Assembly (NCBI GenBank): GCA_902766775.1
Contig: CACXEX010000123.1
Location: 1 to 40,550 of the forward strand
Reading direction: 5' to 3'
Length of the DNA: 40,550 nucleotides
Origin: an uncultured Ruminococcus sp.
GTDB taxonomy: Bacteria > Bacillota > Clostridia > Oscillospirales > Acutalibacteraceae
In this document: positions 37,702-40,550 of the stretch, in pieces
Position numbering within the stretch: position 1 is the first letter of the stretch
Layout of the letters: every line of letters starts with the position of its first letter
Notes under the pieces: model-generated
The model's input: only the letters and a program-made list of their open reading frames with translations
Told to the model about the DNA's origin: nothing
Database searches by the model: none
Made by a program: the position numbers and the translations under genes

Positions 37702-39336
37702 ATGGATCTCCCATCATTACTGATGGCAGGCAGTCTTGACACGCTGACCTCGTATTTTTCGGTAGCGTTTCTTGTGCTGTTTCTGCCTGTTTCAATCGTT
37801 GTGTATGCTGTCATTCCGCAGAGGGCGAGAAAGTATTTTCTGCTTATTGCAAGCTTTGCATTTTTTTGGCTGATAAGCGGTCAGCTCATTGCTTATCTGT
37901 GCCTGATAATAATGGGCATTCATTATTTCGGTTTGTGGCTTGACAGGATTCAAACACAAAAGAGTGCGGCACTCAAGGGCGTTCCAAAAGAGGAGAAAAA
38001 GGCCCTTAAAAAGGTTTATCTTCACCGTAGTCGCAGAGTTCTGCTCTTTGCCGCCGTACTTATGATAGGCGGTCTGCTTGTAATCAAATACTCACCGTTT
38101 TTCACAACAAACATAAATTCGTTGTTGTCGCTTTTGAATGTTCCGATTCAGTTTGATATTCCAAAGTATATAATGCCAATCGGTATTTCGTTCTTTACTC
38201 TGCAGGCTGTATCGTACCTCTTTGATGTTTATAGAGGACTTATAAAAGCAGATGACAACATTTTCAGACTTGCATTGTTTATGTCTTTCTTTCCGCAGAT
38301 TGTAGAAGGTCCTATCTGCCGTTACAGTCAGACAGCCGACCAGCTGTGGAATGTTAAACAAATTAAGTTTGAAAACTTCAAACTCGGTGCAGTCCGTATC
38401 CTTTTCGGTCTTATGAAAAAGCTTGTAATTGCCGACAGACTTAATCCGATGATTAAGCAGATTTTCAGCCATTACGATGACTATCAGGGCGGAATAATCG
38501 CTCTCGGAGCTCTTGCTTATACAATTCAGCTCTATTGCGATTTTTCGGGTACGATGGATGCAGTAATGGGTGTTGCCCAGATTTTCGGCGTTACAATGCC
38601 CGAAAACTTTGAAAGACCGTTCTTTTCAAAATCAATTTCGGAATTCTGGAAAAGGTGGCACATCACACTCGGTACATGGTTCAAGGATTATATTTTCTAT
38701 CCTGTCACTATGTCAAAGCCGATGAAAAACCTCACATCTTCCGCACGCAAAAAGCTCGGCAACCACTTTGGCCCGCTTGTTGCGGGAAGTATTGCGTTGT
38801 TCTGTGTATGGTTCTGCAACGGACTGTGGCACGGTTCTGCGTGGGGTTACATATTCTTCGGTATGTACCACTTTGTGCTTATCCTGTCGGGCAATATAAT
38901 TGCGCCTGCGGTTACCGCATTTAACAAAAAACTTCATATCAATCCGGAGTGCTTTGCGTACAGAGTTTTCCAAATGGTTCGTACAGGCATACTCGTTGTT
39001 ATCGGTGAAATGTTTTTCAGAGCAGAAAGACTTACCACAGGTCTTTCAATGTTCGGAAAAATGGTAACCGACTTTAACTTTTCAAGCCTTAATTATGACC
39101 TTATGGCAAAACTCAAAATTGATATGCACGATGTTATGATTGTGCTCATTACACTTGCGTTTATTTTTGTAATCGGTGTTCTCAACGAGAAGGGAATATG
39201 CGTGCGCGGTGCAATTGCAAAGAGAAATATTGTTATAAGATGGGCGGCTGTTTACGCTCTTATTATGTTCATCATAATCTTCGGTGCTTACGGCAAGGGA
39301 TATGTTGCCGTTGATCCGATTTATGCGAACTTCTAA
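37702..39336 (+). CDS. MBOAT-family O-acyltransferase (DltB/AlgI-like) with fused C-terminal Tyr motif
   Basis: PIGISFFTLQ, FFPQIVEGPI, KKLVIAD, QLYCDFSG, PENF..PF, EFWKRWHITLG.WFKDYIF and GLWHG (catalytic His). Ends PIYANF. Confidence 0.93.
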   Translation: MDLPSLLMAGSLDTLTSYFSVAFLVLFLPVSIVVYAVIPQRARKYFLLIASFAFFWLISGQLIAYLCLIIMGIHYFGLWLDRIQTQKSAALKGVPKEEKKALKKVYLHRSRRVLLFAAVLMIGGLLVIKYSPFFTTNINSLLSLLNVPIQFDIPKYIMPIGISFFTLQAVSYLFDVYRGLIKADDNIFRLALFMSFFPQIVEGPICRYSQTADQLWNVKQIKFENFKLGAVRILFGLMKKLVIADRLNPMIKQIFSHYDDYQGGIIALGALAYTIQLYCDFSGTMDAVMGVAQIFGVTMPENFERPFFSKSISEFWKRWHITLGTWFKDYIFYPVTMSKPMKNLTSSARKKLGNHFGPLVAGSIALFCVWFCNGLWHGSAWGYIFFGMYHFVLILSGNIIAPAVTAFNKKLHINPECFAYRVFQMVRTGILVVIGEMFFRAERLTTGLSMFGKMVTDFNFSSLNYDLMAKLKIDMHDVMIVLITLAFIFVIGVLNEKGICVRGAIAKRNIVIRWAAVYALIMFIIIFGAYGKGYVAVDPIYANF

Positions 39337-39348
39337 GGAGGGCTGATT

Positions 39349-40329
39349 ATGAAGAAAATGATTAAGAGAATTGTCAGCTGCGTCCTGTTCGTTGCAATAC
39401 TTCTCGGATTGCTTGAGGTATCCTCGTTTATCTTTCAACCAAAGTCAAATGACAAGGCGGCGGGTATCCATTACCCAAGGGCAAATGGTGTTCTCAGCGA
39501 ACCCAAAGACAGCCTTGATGCCATATTTATAGGTGACAGTGAGGCGTACCATTCCTTTATTCCGCTCTATATTTGGAAGGATTACGGCATTACTTCCTAT
39601 GCTATTTCATCTCCGGCACAAAAGCTCGTTTATTCAATGGAATTTTTGAAAAAAACTTTTGACAGACAGAGTCCTAAGATTGTATTTCTTGAGACAAATG
39701 CTATTTTCAGAAAATCTTATTTTGAAGATGAGATTACATACAAATCAGAACAGGTTTTTCCTGTGTTTAGATATCACGACCGTTGGAAAAATCTTCAGCT
39801 CAAGGATTTTTCAACTGCTGTTGAATATACAGCAACAGAGAATAACAAAGGCTACCTGTTCACCAAAAAGTGTAAACCTGCGTCTGATAAGGTGATTAAT
39901 AAGTATATGAAGTATTCCGATGTTTCCGCACCGATACTTTCGACCAATCAGAAATATCTTAAAGAAATTGCAAAGTTCTGTAAAAAGCACGGTGCAAAGC
40001 TTGTTCTCATAAGTACCCCGAGCACCAAGAACTGGAACTATCAGCGCCATAATGCAATGGAGACGGTTTCAAAAGACCTCGGCGTCGATTATATTGATAC
40101 AAACCTGCTTCGTGATGATATTCCGATTGATTGGAAAAAAGATTCAAAGGATAAGGGTGACCACCTTAACTACAATGGTGCCGTAAAGGTGACAAAGTAT
40201 ATCGGAAAGTACCTCAACGATACAAAGCTTTTCTCAGATAAGCGAAATGACCCGTCATTTGCAAGCTGGAATACCTGTCTTAAAAAATTTGAAAAACAGG
40301 TAAAAATAGGCAAAAATCAGGAAAGCTGA
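39349..40329 (+). CDS. Membrane-anchored SGNH-like protein (DltD/AlgJ-type periplasmic-face acyltransferase)
   Basis: N-terminal TM anchor, block I IFIGDS and block V DKGDHLN (DxxH). SD AAGGAGG. Last gene of the operon. Confidence 0.78.
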   Translation: MKKMIKRIVSCVLFVAILLGLLEVSSFIFQPKSNDKAAGIHYPRANGVLSEPKDSLDAIFIGDSEAYHSFIPLYIWKDYGITSYAISSPAQKLVYSMEFLKKTFDRQSPKIVFLETNAIFRKSYFEDEITYKSEQVFPVFRYHDRWKNLQLKDFSTAVEYTATENNKGYLFTKKCKPASDKVINKYMKYSDVSAPILSTNQKYLKEIAKFCKKHGAKLVLISTPSTKNWNYQRHNAMETVSKDLGVDYIDTNLLRDDIPIDWKKDSKDKGDHLNYNGAVKVTKYIGKYLNDTKLFSDKRNDPSFASWNTCLKKFEKQVKIGKNQES

Positions 40330-40345
40330 TATAATTAAAAATCTG

Positions 40346-40389
40346 TTTTACCCCTTGCATCGTAATGATGTAGGGGGTGAAAATATTTT
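40346..40389 (+). terminator. Hairpin, probable terminator of the dlt-like operon
   Basis: TTTTACCCCTTGCATC-GTAAT-GATGTAGGGGGTGAAA with G-U pairs valid on the plus-strand RNA. The U-tract is weak. Confidence 0.6.
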
Positions 40390-40410
40390 AGAAAAACTTT
40401 TTAAAAACTA

Positions 40411-40439
40411 TTGACAAATTTACGATTTTACCGTATAAT
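40411..40439 (+). promoter_or_regulatory. Consensus SigA promoter of tRNA-Leu
   Basis: Perfect TTGACA-N17-TATAAT. Confidence 0.88.
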
Positions 40440-40470
40440 CAATACTGCTCTCGAAAAAAGAGAAATAAAT

Positions 40471-40550
40471 GCGAGTGTGCTGGAATAGGCAGACAGGCAC
40501 GTTTGAGGGGCGTGTGTTTCACGACGTACGGGTTCAAGTCCCGTCACTCG
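40471..40550 (+). tRNA. tRNA-Leu (anticodon GAG), last few 3' bases cut by the window edge
   Basis: Acceptor GCGAGTG/CACTCG.., D arm GCTGGAATAGGCAGACAGG, anticodon arm CACGT-TTGAGGG-GCGTG, long variable arm, and T arm ACGGG-TTCAAGT-CCCGT. Confidence 0.95.

Noticed and set aside
662-40050. Numerous 60-170 aa alternative-frame and antisense ORFs in the track (e.g. 662-1084, 19393-19869, 27440-27958, 30084-30554)
   Set aside because: They lie within well-supported genes, lack SD sequences and recognisable motifs, and are expected shadows of biased codon usage.
34773-40329. Calling the operon canonical dltABCD
   Set aside because: The pocket residues differ from DltA, a decarboxylase is inserted, the MBOAT is the long AlgI-like type with a fused tail, and the last gene is shorter than DltD. 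Gene symbols were withheld.
1-40550. CRISPR array, prophage, transposase or defence genes
   Set aside because: No regularly spaced repeats and no ORFs with such motifs were seen.

Overview
A low-GC Firmicute chromosomal segment (Oscillospiraceae/Ruminococcus-like). The tandem MucBP/dockerin pullulanases and a second dockerin protein point to a starch-degrading Ruminococcus bromii-type organism (inference). Gene order: 3' end of a probable dnaG, rpoD, small zincin, LysM protein (-), enolase, two GH13 type I pullulanases (one membrane-anchored, one dockerin/CBM-bearing), an acn-icd-rex operon (-) with a Rex box over its promoter, typA, DEDDh exonuclease, HtrA, murC (-), rlmD plus four downstream genes, a secreted dockerin protein, MarR plus a heterodimeric ABC exporter, MBL lipoprotein plus DUF3006, a DUF2798-like membrane protein (-) with a structured leader, a two-component system, a five-gene dlt-like operon and tRNA-Leu(GAG). 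No mobile element, prophage or CRISPR array is visible. The best candidate for a novel system is the dlt-like operon (34773-40329). It encodes an adenylation enzyme with a non-DltA pocket, a fold-III PLP decarboxylase, a carrier protein, an MBOAT ending in a fused DltX-like Tyr motif, and an SGNH-like protein. It is predicted to put a decarboxylated amino-acyl group (beta-alanyl or 4-aminobutyryl rather than D-alanyl) on a surface polymer, under control of the adjacent acidic-sensor two-component system. All calls were made by eye from motifs; no database searches were run.
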